From an uncultured Christensenella sp. (lineage in GTDB: Bacteria; Bacillota; Clostridia; Christensenellales; UBA3700), in contig CAYZGK010000003.1 in NCBI GenBank assembly GCA_964478025.1, positions 6,645-70,644 of the forward strand: a stretch of 64,000 bases of DNA. Direction: 5' to 3'. The position numbers and the translations under genes were made by a program. Positions 46,278 to 55,887 of the stretch are shown one piece after another (positions within the stretch are counted from its first letter, which is position 1; every line of letters begins with the position of its first letter). The notes beneath the pieces are model-generated. The model was not told the origin of the DNA, made no database searches, and saw only the letters and a program-made list of their open reading frames with translations.

Positions 46278-46943
46278 ATGGCACACTACGCTAAATCAGC
46301 TCAAAAAACAGATGCAGTTTTCAAGTTTTTAAAAGATTTCTATAAAGAAAAAGGATATATGCCTACAGTAAGAGAAATTGTAGCTCAATCAAATTGTGAT
46401 ATTAAGTCTACAGCTTCAGCTAAAACTTATATTGATAGATTAGTTATGGAAGGAAGATTAATTAAATCTGATAATAAAAATCGTGCTTTAAAGATTGTTG
46501 GACTTGATAATGTTGATGATTTTATCGATATAGATAATTCTAATAGCAATATGACAGTCGTTCCATTTTTAGGAAATACAGCAGCTGGAGAGCCTTTATA
46601 TGCAGCAACTGAAAATGATAGATCTTATTCTCTTCCTAATGACTTTTTCTCATTAAAAGGACAAAACTTCTTACTACAAGTAAAAGGCGAATCTATGAGA
46701 GATATTGGTATTTTAGATGGAGATATTGTTTTAATCAAATCACAAAATACAGCAAACAATGGACAAATCGTTGTAGCTCAAATAGATAATGAAGCAGTTA
46801 CATTAAAAAGATATTATAATTGCTCTTCATATATTAAGTTACATCCAGAAAATTCCGACATGGACGACATAATCGTAACTCAAGATCATTCATTTAGAAT
46901 TTTAGGAATTGCAACTGGATTAATGAGAAATCATATTAGATAA
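46278..46943 (+). CDS. lexA: LexA repressor
   Basis: N-terminal winged helix, cleavage site AAG in NTAAGEPL, Ser in VKGESM and Lys in VTLKR (S24 peptidase dyad). Confidence 0.9.
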   Translation: MAHYAKSAQKTDAVFKFLKDFYKEKGYMPTVREIVAQSNCDIKSTASAKTYIDRLVMEGRLIKSDNKNRALKIVGLDNVDDFIDIDNSNSNMTVVPFLGNTAAGEPLYAATENDRSYSLPNDFFSLKGQNFLLQVKGESMRDIGILDGDIVLIKSQNTANNGQIVVAQIDNEAVTLKRYYNCSSYIKLHPENSDMDDIIVTQDHSFRILGIATGLMRNHIR

Positions 46944-46960
46944 AAAAATACTAAAAATTC

Positions 46961-46988
46961 AAATGGGGCTTGTTAGCCCCATTTTTTA
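46961..46988. terminator. Bidirectional rho-independent terminator between the convergent lexA and ynbB-like genes
   Basis: The stem AAATGGGGC (46961-46969) pairs with GCCCCATTT (46976-46984), with loop TTGTTA. T-rich sequence lies downstream and A-rich sequence upstream. Confidence 0.85.
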
Positions 46989-46992
46989 TGTT

Positions 46993-48225
46993 TTAAAATA
47001 ATTTTAATTTTTGTAAACAATATATCAAGGCCAATTTAACATGTTCATAAGTTAAACCTCCTTGAACATAAGCAATGTATGGCTTTTTAATAGGCGAATC
47101 CGCACTAAGTTCTATTGAAGCTCCAGCTACGAAAGTTCCTGCTGCCATAATTACTTGATCTTCGTATCCTGGCATATCCCATGGCATTAATGTTAAGTTA
47201 CTATCTATTGGAGATATTTCTTGTATGGATCTACAAAAAGCTATTAATTGTTCTTCTGTATCAAATTTAATTGATCTTATAATATCATTACATTTACTTT
47301 CAGGTTTTGGCATGGTTTCGTAACCTAAATCTTCAAATGTTTTACCAATTAAAATTGAACCTTTAACCGCATTAGCGACCGTACTAGGTGCTAAAAAGAA
47401 TCCTTGGTAAAAATCCTTGTACCCATAAGCATATGAGCCTACTTCCGTTCCAATTGAAGGCGATGTTAATCTATAGCCTACTTGTTCAATTAAATTCGCT
47501 TTACCACAAACATAACCGCCAGTTGGAGCTATACCGCCACCTGGATTTTTAATTAATGAGCCTGCCATCAAATCTGCACCAACTTGAACAGGTTCTTTTG
47601 TATCCATAAACTCACCATAACAGTTATCACAAAGAATTATTATGTTTGAATTGATTTCCTTAATGAATTTACAAACTTTCTCTATTTGCTCAATAGATAA
47701 AGCATCTCTCCATTCATATCCACGAGACCTACCCATGAATACAGCTTTTGTTTTACTAGATATAGCAAGTTTAATTTTTTCATAATCAAAATCACCATTA
47801 ACTAAATCAACTTGCTTATACGAAATGTTATAGTCTTTTAAAGAGCCAATATTATCTCCCTTTATGGTTTCCATTAAAGTATCATAAGGAGCGCCTGAAA
47901 TTGCAAGTAATTCATCTCCTGGTCTTAATACACTTTGTAACATTAAAGATATTGCATGTGTACCTGAAACAATTAAAGGTGAAACTATTGCAGCTTCAGC
48001 TCCAAATGTTTTCGCAAATACTTTTCCTAATGAATCTCTACCAATATCATCATATCCGTATCCATTAGTTTGTGAAAAATGTCTTAAAGCAATTTCACAT
48101 TCACGAAAAGCATCTAAAACTTTATTTTGATTGTATAAAGCTATATCTGAAACAACTTTATATTGTTCAGTTAATTTAGATTCTTCGTTATTTACAAATT
48201 CTAAAATTTTTTGATTGATTTCCAT
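46993..48225 (-). CDS. ynbB: YnbB-type PLP-dependent protein (methionine gamma-lyase family, 'aluminium resistance protein')
   Basis: 410 aa with the sequence SLIKNPGGGIAPTGGY, characteristic of this family, and a position downstream of miaA. Confidence 0.7.
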   Translation of the reverse strand: MEINQKILEFVNNEESKLTEQYKVVSDIALYNQNKVLDAFRECEIALRHFSQTNGYGYDDIGRDSLGKVFAKTFGAEAAIVSPLIVSGTHAISLMLQSVLRPGDELLAISGAPYDTLMETIKGDNIGSLKDYNISYKQVDLVNGDFDYEKIKLAISSKTKAVFMGRSRGYEWRDALSIEQIEKVCKFIKEINSNIIILCDNCYGEFMDTKEPVQVGADLMAGSLIKNPGGGIAPTGGYVCGKANLIEQVGYRLTSPSIGTEVGSYAYGYKDFYQGFFLAPSTVANAVKGSILIGKTFEDLGYETMPKPESKCNDIIRSIKFDTEEQLIAFCRSIQEISPIDSNLTLMPWDMPGYEDQVIMAAGTFVAGASIELSADSPIKKPYIAYVQGGLTYEHVKLALIYCLQKLKLF

Positions 48226-48228
48226 ATA

Positions 48229-49140
48229 TTATTCCTCTATAAACTTTTTAATATCAATTAGAATATTTTCGTCTAAGTTATTTTCATAGAATTTTGCAAA
48301 TTCATAACGTTTAAACCATGTAATTTGACGTTTTGCATAATGTCTTGAGTTAGTTTTTATCATTTCTTTTAATTCTTCTTCTGAAATATTGTTAGACAAA
48401 TATTCGCTAAATTCTTTATAACCAATAGCTTGCATTGATTGCATTGAAAAATCATATTTATCTTCATAAATTAATTTTTTAACTTCATCAATTAAACCTT
48501 TTTCGAACATTATATCAACTCGTTTATTTATTTTATTGTATAGTTCCTCACGATTTGGAGATAAACAAATAAGCAATGTATCATATAACAATTCTTTTTT
48601 TCTATCTTCTTGATTTGATTTTATTTGGCCAGTAATTTCATAAATTTCTAAGGCTCTAATTACTCGCTTTGTATTGTTTTCATGAACTTTTTCAGCTTCA
48701 ATTGGATCAATTGCTTTTAATTTATCATGCATAAAACCTGGGCCATATTGTTTTAATTCGTTTTCAAGTTTTTCTCTAATTGAATCATCCTTTGCACCCA
48801 TAGATAATGGATAAAGTAAAGAATCAATATAAAGACCTGTTCCACCACATATAACAGGTATTTTTCCATTTGAATGCAAGTTATCAATAATCTTTATTGC
48901 GGCCTTTTGATAGTCAGAAACAGAATATTCTTGGTTAGGTTCAACAATATCTATTAAGTGATGCTTAACGCCTTGCATTTCATCTATTGTAGCCTTTGCA
49001 GTTCCAATATTCATTTTCTTATAAATTTGCATACTATCACAAGAAATTATTTCAGTATCCAACATTTTAGCAACTTTAATTGCTAACTCAGTTTTGCCAG
49101 ATGCTGTAGGTCCTGCAATAATAATTATTTTATTTTTCAT
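48229..49140 (-). CDS. miaA: tRNA dimethylallyltransferase
   Basis: P-loop IIIIAGPTASGKT plus SCDSMQIYK and HHLID. Confidence 0.9.
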   Translation of the reverse strand: MKNKIIIIAGPTASGKTELAIKVAKMLDTEIISCDSMQIYKKMNIGTAKATIDEMQGVKHHLIDIVEPNQEYSVSDYQKAAIKIIDNLHSNGKIPVICGGTGLYIDSLLYPLSMGAKDDSIREKLENELKQYGPGFMHDKLKAIDPIEAEKVHENNTKRVIRALEIYEITGQIKSNQEDRKKELLYDTLLICLSPNREELYNKINKRVDIMFEKGLIDEVKKLIYEDKYDFSMQSMQAIGYKEFSEYLSNNISEEELKEMIKTNSRHYAKRQITWFKRYEFAKFYENNLDENILIDIKKFIEE

Positions 49141-51071
49141 TCAATCCTCTTGAATAATTTATCTAAATCATTCTTTGTATAGGTAAAAATACAAGGTCTA
49201 CCATGTGGACACTGTGTAGGAATACCATTTTTCATTTGTTTAAATAATTCTCTTATTTGAGCTTCAGATAAACTATCTCCACCTTTTATTGCAGATTTAC
49301 ATGCATATTGAGCTAATTTTTCTTTAAATAAATCTGAATTTTTTAATTGTTGTAATGTAGATTTTTCGCACAATAATTCTTCAAAGAATTTAGACAAATT
49401 AATATCTACTAAAAATGCTGGTATCTCATTTACTTTAAATGTTAAGTTACCGAATTCTTCAATATCAAAGCCTAAATCTTTTAAATTATCCATTAACATT
49501 AACATGTAATCATATTGACTTGCATTTGTTTCATATATAAATGGTATCAATAAAGGTTGAGATACAACCTCTCTTTTATTCATGGAATTAATTAATTTTT
49601 CATATAAATCTTTTTCATGACATGCATGTTGATCAATTAAATAAGCCTTATCATCATCTTGTATTATTAAATATGTATCAAATAGCTGTCCTATAACTTT
49701 ATATTTTGGATAAAAGTCATCAATTTTAGAATTATTGATATTATTTAGAATATCTTGAGAATCATAAATATCACTTCTTATTATTTTAGAAATATCAATA
49801 TTTGAATTATTATTATTTTCAAATAAATTATTAGCCTTTATTTGACTATTTTCTAATTTAGAATTTTCTATATCTTTTGAATTTTCGGAATTTTCTAATT
49901 TAGAATTTTCATTTATGGCATTATTTATATATGAATTAGAGTTAATTTCATAAGAAATTTCAGAAGCATAATAAGGCTTAAACGTTTGTTCGTTTTGATT
50001 TTGAACATATGTTTGTTTTTGTTGTTCATTTTTTGTTTCAAATGTTTGTTCAGTTTTTGAAATTTCAGTTAAATCCAAGGTTTTAGCTTGATTATCAAGT
50101 GCTTGGCAAATACCACGATAAACAGTAGAAAATACCTTATGATTGTCTGAAAAACGAACATCAAGTTTAGTTGGATGAACATTTACATCAACCTCATCAA
50201 ATGGAATAACCAAATTTAAAACATAAACTGGAAAAGTTCTTTTCATAAGTGTTGTGCCATAAGCTTGCATAACAGCTAAGGCTATGTTTTGATTTTGTAT
50301 TGGTCTTCCGTTTACAATTACAGTCTCAAATGACTTATTGTGTTTAGCAAGTTCAGGTAATGATGTAAATCCGTATGCTCTATAACCACTATATGTAATA
50401 TCAAAAGGAACTAACTTATTAGAAATCTCTGTTCCATATATCTCGTATATTGCATCCTCAAGTCCCCCAGATGTTTGTAATTCAACTTCCCCATCAACTA
50501 TAAATTTAAATTTAACATCAGGATTTGAAAATATTAATGCTATAACTTTATTCTTAACTAAAGATTCTTCTTGCTTTGGAGTTTTTAAAAATTTTAATCT
50601 AACTGGCGTATTGTAGAATAAATTGTCGACAGTTATTTCTGTTCCGATTGTCATTCCACATTCACTTTCTTCTTCAATTTTTCCGCCACTAACTTTTATT
50701 TTATAACCTATTCCTTCATTTGATTCTTGGTTTGAAGCTATTGTCAAATGAGAAACTGCAGCAATAGAGGCTAATGCTTCTCCTCTAAAGCCTAATGTTG
50801 AAATATTAGATAAATCTATGGCATTTTTTAATTTTGATGTAGCATGAGGCAAATAAGAAAGGTATAAATCATCTTTACTCATACCCGAGCCGTTATCTAA
50901 TATGGATATACTCTTTATTCCGCCTTCTTGTATTGAAATTGTAATTTCACTTGCACCTGCATCTATTGAATTATCTACCAATTCCTTCACAACCGATGCT
51001 GGATTTTCAACAACTTCTCCTGCGCTAATTAAATTATAAACGGAAGGATCTAGTTTATTAATTTTTGACAT
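49137..51071 (-). CDS. mutL: DNA mismatch repair protein MutL
   Basis: GHKL ATPase motifs are present (VVKELVDNSIDAGA, DNGSGM, GFRGEAL). The C-terminal dimerisation domain contains QHACHEK. The linker is N/S/E-rich and variable. Confidence 0.95.
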   Translation of the reverse strand: MSKINKLDPSVYNLISAGEVVENPASVVKELVDNSIDAGASEITISIQEGGIKSISILDNGSGMSKDDLYLSYLPHATSKLKNAIDLSNISTLGFRGEALASIAAVSHLTIASNQESNEGIGYKIKVSGGKIEEESECGMTIGTEITVDNLFYNTPVRLKFLKTPKQEESLVKNKVIALIFSNPDVKFKFIVDGEVELQTSGGLEDAIYEIYGTEISNKLVPFDITYSGYRAYGFTSLPELAKHNKSFETVIVNGRPIQNQNIALAVMQAYGTTLMKRTFPVYVLNLVIPFDEVDVNVHPTKLDVRFSDNHKVFSTVYRGICQALDNQAKTLDLTEISKTEQTFETKNEQQKQTYVQNQNEQTFKPYYASEISYEINSNSYINNAINENSKLENSENSKDIENSKLENSQIKANNLFENNNNSNIDISKIIRSDIYDSQDILNNINNSKIDDFYPKYKVIGQLFDTYLIIQDDDKAYLIDQHACHEKDLYEKLINSMNKREVVSQPLLIPFIYETNASQYDYMLMLMDNLKDLGFDIEEFGNLTFKVNEIPAFLVDINLSKFFEELLCEKSTLQQLKNSDLFKEKLAQYACKSAIKGGDSLSEAQIRELFKQMKNGIPTQCPHGRPCIFTYTKNDLDKLFKRIE

Positions 51072-53669
51072 TTAGCTATTCTCCCTTTTTGCAATGTCTA
51101 TTAATTCTTGTAATTTTGCAAAAGCTTGTATTGGCGACATAGTATCCATATCAATTTTTTGCAAATTGTCCCTTAATTCATTATCTTTAGATATATTAAG
51201 TAAATTATTTTCATCCATAGAAGACTTTTCTTGAGTTGAAACAGAAATCTTATCTAGAAGTTTTTGAACTTCTTTTGCTCTTTTTATTACATTCATAGGA
51301 ACTCCAGCAAGTTTTGCTACCTCTATACCAAAACTCTTATTTGTTCCACCCGTCATAACTTTATGTAAAAATACAACGCCCTTATCTTTTTCACAAGCTA
51401 AAACTTTATAGTTTTTAATTCCAGATAACAAACACTCAAGTTCCGTTAGTTCATGATAATGAGTTGAAAATAAAGTTCTACAACGTATTCTTTGCGAAAC
51501 ATCCTCAATAACAGCTCTAGCAATTGCAAGTCCATCAAATGTAGATGTTCCTCTTCCTATTTCATCTAGTATTAGTAATGACTTATAAGTAGCATTTTGC
51601 AAAATTGTTGCAACCTCTATCATTTCTACCATAAATGTAGATTGACCATAAGCTAAATCATCTGACGCTCCAATTCTTGTAAATACTCTATCAGTTATAG
51701 CAATTTCAGCCTTTTTAGCAGGCACAAATGAGCCCATGTGAGCCATAATTGTAATTAGTGCAACTTGTCTCATATAAGTACTCTTTCCTGACATGTTAGG
51801 ACCTGTAATTAACATTGTTCTATTTAAAGTATTGTCTAAAAGCGTATTATTTGGAACAAATACTGATTTACTAATTTCCTCTACAACTGGATGACGACCA
51901 TCAATAATTTCAATTTTATCTACTTTTTCATTAATAACTGGCTTACAATAATTGTTTTTAACGGCAACTACAGATAAAGATAACAAAGTATCCAAATTTG
52001 CTATAGCATGAGATATTAAAAGTAATTTTGGAATATAAGATAAAACTTTATTTTTAATTTCTTCAAATAATTTTAATTCAAGTTCAACCGATTTATCTTG
52101 AGCTCCTAAAAGCTTATCTTCTATCGTTTTTAATTCCTCAGTTATAAATCTTTCACCAGTTGTTAATGTTTGCTTTCTAACATAGTTTAATGGAACTTTA
52201 TCTAAAGCTCCTTTTGAAACTTCTATATAGTAGCCAAATATCTTATTAAAACCTACCTTTAAGGTTTTTATTCCAGAAGATTCTCTTTCTCTTGCCTCTA
52301 AATCTGCAAGCCATGTTTTACCTTCCGTTGAAGCTAGTTTATATTCGTCTAATTCTTTATTAAAGCCTTTCTTTATAAAGCCACCATCTCTAATTACACT
52401 TGAAGAATTTTCATCAATAGCTGATGATAATAATTGATATAGTTCAGTAAGTGGCTCAATATTTGCATTAATTTTTTGTAATAATTCACTACTACATTGA
52501 TTTAAAATTTTCTTTATATTTGGAATAAATTCAAGGGATGAAGCAACTGCAATAAAATCTCTAGGATTTGGATTTCCATACACGATTCTTGAAGATAATC
52601 TTTCTAAATCTCTTATATTTGCTAGTAAATCATATAAATTATTTCTAATTTTTGTAGATTTAGTTAATTCTTCAACTGCATCAAGCCTTTCATTAATCAT
52701 TGTTGAATTTCTTAAAGGTCTTTCAATCCATTGTTTTAGATTTCTTGCACCCATAGAAGTACGAGTTTTATCTAATACACCAAGAAGCGTTGCCTTTTTA
52801 GATCCATCTCTCATAGATTCAACTAGTTCCAAATTTTTCATTGCTGTTGCATCTATTGTTAAATAATCTAATGTTCTAATAAATTTTATTGAGGATATAT
52901 GCCACAAATCTCTCTTTTGAGTTGTTGTAATATAGTCTATTAAAACTCCTGCAGTTTCTATAGATAATGGATATTTATCTATTTCAAAAGCTTGAAGAGA
53001 TGAAACTTTAAATTGTTTTAAAAGTTTATCCGTTGCTGTCTTTTCATTAAACATTTGCTCTGGATATTTTTGGAATGCTGGCAATTTTGCCATCTTTATT
53101 GATTGCAAATTTTTTGCCATCATATAAGTTTTTTCATCACATATGATTTCTGCAGGTTTAATAGTAAGTAAGATATCTTCAATATCTGAAATAGACTTAA
53201 ATGGGATAGTTGTTGTTTTAAACTCTCCTGTTGATACATCAAGCCAAGATATTGCAAAAAATTTATCATTTGAAGCAACGGCTGCTAAATAGTTATTATC
53301 TTTTTCTGTTAAAATTGACTCTTCAATTACCGTTCCTGGGGTAATTACTCTTACTACTCCCCTTTCAACCATTTCACCTTTTGGCGTTTTATCTGGATCA
53401 GATAATTGCTCCCAAATGGCTACTTTTAGTCCTGATTTTATAAGTTTTGGCAAATAATTGTTTAATGCATGATATGGAATACCACACATAGGAGCTCTTT
53501 CTTCAAGGCCACAATTTCTACCAGTTAGCGTTAAATCCAAAATATCTGAAACAGTTTTTGCATCTTCAAAAAAAACTTCATAGAAATCACCAAGTCTGCA
53601 TAATATTATTGCATCCTTATACTCTTCTTTTAAGGTCATATATTGCTGCATTAAAGGTGACAATGCCAT
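51072..53669 (-). CDS. mutS: DNA mismatch repair protein MutS
   Basis: N-terminal sequence TPLMQQY, the mismatch-binding GDFYE motif (RLGDFYEVF), Walker A GPNMSGKSTYMRQ, and DEIGRGTSTFDG. Confidence 0.95.
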   Translation of the reverse strand: MALSPLMQQYMTLKEEYKDAIILCRLGDFYEVFFEDAKTVSDILDLTLTGRNCGLEERAPMCGIPYHALNNYLPKLIKSGLKVAIWEQLSDPDKTPKGEMVERGVVRVITPGTVIEESILTEKDNNYLAAVASNDKFFAISWLDVSTGEFKTTTIPFKSISDIEDILLTIKPAEIICDEKTYMMAKNLQSIKMAKLPAFQKYPEQMFNEKTATDKLLKQFKVSSLQAFEIDKYPLSIETAGVLIDYITTTQKRDLWHISSIKFIRTLDYLTIDATAMKNLELVESMRDGSKKATLLGVLDKTRTSMGARNLKQWIERPLRNSTMINERLDAVEELTKSTKIRNNLYDLLANIRDLERLSSRIVYGNPNPRDFIAVASSLEFIPNIKKILNQCSSELLQKINANIEPLTELYQLLSSAIDENSSSVIRDGGFIKKGFNKELDEYKLASTEGKTWLADLEARERESSGIKTLKVGFNKIFGYYIEVSKGALDKVPLNYVRKQTLTTGERFITEELKTIEDKLLGAQDKSVELELKLFEEIKNKVLSYIPKLLLISHAIANLDTLLSLSVVAVKNNYCKPVINEKVDKIEIIDGRHPVVEEISKSVFVPNNTLLDNTLNRTMLITGPNMSGKSTYMRQVALITIMAHMGSFVPAKKAEIAITDRVFTRIGASDDLAYGQSTFMVEMIEVATILQNATYKSLLILDEIGRGTSTFDGLAIARAVIEDVSQRIRCRTLFSTHYHELTELECLLSGIKNYKVLACEKDKGVVFLHKVMTGGTNKSFGIEVAKLAGVPMNVIKRAKEVQKLLDKISVSTQEKSSMDENNLLNISKDNELRDNLQKIDMDTMSPIQAFAKLQELIDIAKRENS

Positions 53670-54998
53670 TTATTTAACAATCTCCCCAAAAAGTGATGCT
53701 GATTGTGATCTATTTATCTTTACATTAACAAATGAGCCAACTAAATCTTTAGTTCCTTCAAATGTTACTAATCTTCCAGAATCGGTTCTACCACAAACAA
53801 ATCCAGGTTTTTTCTCTACAGTATCTTCAACTAAAACTTCAAAAACCTTGCCTTCATAAGTTTTAGATTGTTGTTTTGTCATACAGTTTTGTTCTTTAAT
53901 TAGACGCATTATTCTATCTTTAGATACCTCAGGAGGAATTTGTTCCCACTCTCCGGCTGGAGTTCCTTGACGAATTGAATAAATGAAAGTGAACGCAGAA
54001 GAATATCCAACTTTTCTAACAATATCTATTGTGTCCATGAAATCTTGTTCATCCTCATATGGGAATCCAACCATTAAATCGGTTGTTATTCCACAATCTG
54101 GCATTACCTTCTTTATATGTTCAATTCTAGATAAATAGTATTCTCTTGTATAATGACGATTCATTTTCTTTAAGATTTTATTTGAACCTGATTGAATTGG
54201 TAAATGAATGTTATGACAAATATGTTTAGATGAGGCAATTATATCTATAACTTCATCAGATAAATCCTTTGGATGAGATGTCATAAATCTAATTCTATAT
54301 TTTCCTTCGATTTTATCTAATTCTCTTAAAAGATTTGCAAATGTAGAAACGCCATCATTTAAATCATTACCATATGAATTAACATTTTGACCAAGAAGAG
54401 TTATCTCTTTATAACCTTGTTGTAAAAGTGACTTAAACTCCTCAATTATAGCTTGCATTGATCTTGATCTTTCTCTTCCTCTAACATAAGGCACAATACA
54501 ATATGTACAGAAATTATTACAGCCATACATAATATTTAACCAGCCATTAGTTCCAGATGTTCTATATACTCTCTCATCTTCTATTATTTCTGGTCTATCG
54601 TTTGGATCAATTAGATATTGCTTTCTCTTTGGATGTGAAAGTATTTGTGTGATAGCAGAATCTAACATATTTAAGTTATTAGTACCAAGAATAATATCTA
54701 CATAAGGATACTTTTCTTTAAATACGTCAACTTTTCCCTTTTGTTGAGTCATACAACCCATAACAACAATAATTAAATTTTTATTGATTTTCTTAAGCTT
54801 CTTAACTGCACCAATATTTCCAAAAGCTTTGGATTCAGCGTTATCTCTAATACAACAAGTATTAAACAAAATTAAATCAGCTACATTTTCATCATCTGTA
54901 GCACTATATCCCATATCTTCTAAAATACCGGCAGCTTTTTCTGATTCATGAATGTTCATTTGACATCCATAAGTTATAATTTTATATTTCTTACTCAT
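53670..54998 (-). CDS. miaB: tRNA-i6A37 methylthiotransferase MiaB
   Basis: The UPF0004 domain starts TYGCQMN, the radical-SAM motif is CNNFCTYCIVP, and a C-terminal TRAM domain follows. The start is taken at MSKKYKI (54998); the listed start at 55058 lies at the foot of the terminator A-run (55046-55055), directly downstream of the hairpin. Confidence 0.9.
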   Translation of the reverse strand: MSKKYKIITYGCQMNIHESEKAAGILEDMGYSATDDENVADLILFNTCCIRDNAESKAFGNIGAVKKLKKINKNLIIVVMGCMTQQKGKVDVFKEKYPYVDIILGTNNLNMLDSAITQILSHPKRKQYLIDPNDRPEIIEDERVYRTSGTNGWLNIMYGCNNFCTYCIVPYVRGRERSRSMQAIIEEFKSLLQQGYKEITLLGQNVNSYGNDLNDGVSTFANLLRELDKIEGKYRIRFMTSHPKDLSDEVIDIIASSKHICHNIHLPIQSGSNKILKKMNRHYTREYYLSRIEHIKKVMPDCGITTDLMVGFPYEDEQDFMDTIDIVRKVGYSSAFTFIYSIRQGTPAGEWEQIPPEVSKDRIMRLIKEQNCMTKQQSKTYEGKVFEVLVEDTVEKKPGFVCGRTDSGRLVTFEGTKDLVGSFVNVKINRSQSASLFGEIVK

Positions 54999-55045
54999 AA
55001 TATATATATTATATTTATTTATCGCGCGAAGGTAAACTATAAAAT

Positions 55046-55072
55046 AAAGAAAAAACACAACTTTCGTTGTGT
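55046..55072 (-). terminator. Rho-independent terminator (minus strand) between the small membrane gene and miaB
   Basis: On the minus strand the stem ACACAAC/GTTGTGT has loop GAAA and is followed by TTTTTTCTTTATTTT. Confidence 0.7.
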
Positions 55073-55099
55073 CTTAGGGGGTTATATATGAAAAAATTA

Positions 55100-55294
55100 T
55101 TAATCGTTTACAGCTTTCGCTTCATTTATTGATTGGCTTTCTATTTGTTCTTCAACTATAGCCTGATCATTTTGCATTTCTTTATTATAGTTAGCTTGAA
55201 TAATAATGTATGCTGTAGCAAAAATAGCAACGAACACAATGCTTATTATAACAAATATCTTATTTATATTTTTTGTAATAACATCTGATACCAT
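55100..55294 (-). CDS. Small single-TM membrane protein (hypothetical)
   Basis: 64 aa with one hydrophobic helix (IFVIISIVFVAIFATAYIII). It is bracketed by terminators. Confidence 0.4.
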   Translation of the reverse strand: MVSDVITKNINKIFVIISIVFVAIFATAYIIIQANYNKEMQNDQAIVEEQIESQSINEAKAVND

Positions 55295-55387
55295 ATCCGT
55301 TCTCCTTTTTTACTTTGTGGCTTCATTATAATATGTATTAAATTACAAAAAAATTACAAAAAAAATATTTTTTATTTTTATTTAAAA

Positions 55388-55438
55388 CTACTAAAAACGT
55401 GCATCAAATGTGGTGATTTGCCAAACAATTGATGCACG
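55388..55438 (-). terminator. Rho-independent terminator (minus strand) after the two-gene unknown operon
   Basis: A perfect 10-bp stem CGTGCATCAA (55398-55407) / TTGATGCACG (55429-55438) encloses a 21-nt loop. On the minus strand TTTTTAGTAGTTTT follows. Confidence 0.7.
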
Positions 55439-55474
55439 CTAAAACAAATAAGGAATAACAAAATTACAATTTTT

Positions 55475-55885
55475 TTAAAAATTTTTTATTTTATGGTCTG
55501 TATCTTTATCTATAATCTTTCTTAACTTTTGCTTATATCTAATTTTAGATTTTCTTTTTTTCTTATCTACTCTATATGAAGAAACTTCTTCAGGCTCAGT
55601 TTGTAAGTCTTGACAAAGCTTATTTTGTTCCTGTTTATTTTTACACTTTAGATATGGATTTTTTCTATTTTTCTCCTCTAAAGCCTTATATTCCTCAAAA
55701 GATATTTTGTCTACATTTAATATAGCATACTTATGATCATGTTTAACTCTTGGCATTGCTCTTCCAATTTTTGCTGCTTCTTCTTTACTTTCTGCAATAA
55801 TTGGAAAAGAAATTTTTACAAATCTAGTTTTTCCTACATGACCACATTTTGTAGTAACAGAATAATATTTTTTATTCTCTTCCAT
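55475..55885 (-). CDS. Hypothetical basic protein (no family recognised)
   Basis: 136 aa. The N-terminal domain is YYSVTTKCGHVGKTRFVKISFPIIAESKEEAAKIGRAMPRVKHDHKYAIL, followed by a lysine/arginine-rich tail. Only 2 nt separate it from the upstream gene. Confidence 0.5.
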   Translation of the reverse strand: MEENKKYYSVTTKCGHVGKTRFVKISFPIIAESKEEAAKIGRAMPRVKHDHKYAILNVDKISFEEYKALEEKNRKNPYLKCKNKQEQNKLCQDLQTEPEEVSSYRVDKKKRKSKIRYKQKLRKIIDKDTDHKIKNF

Positions 55886-55887
55886 AA

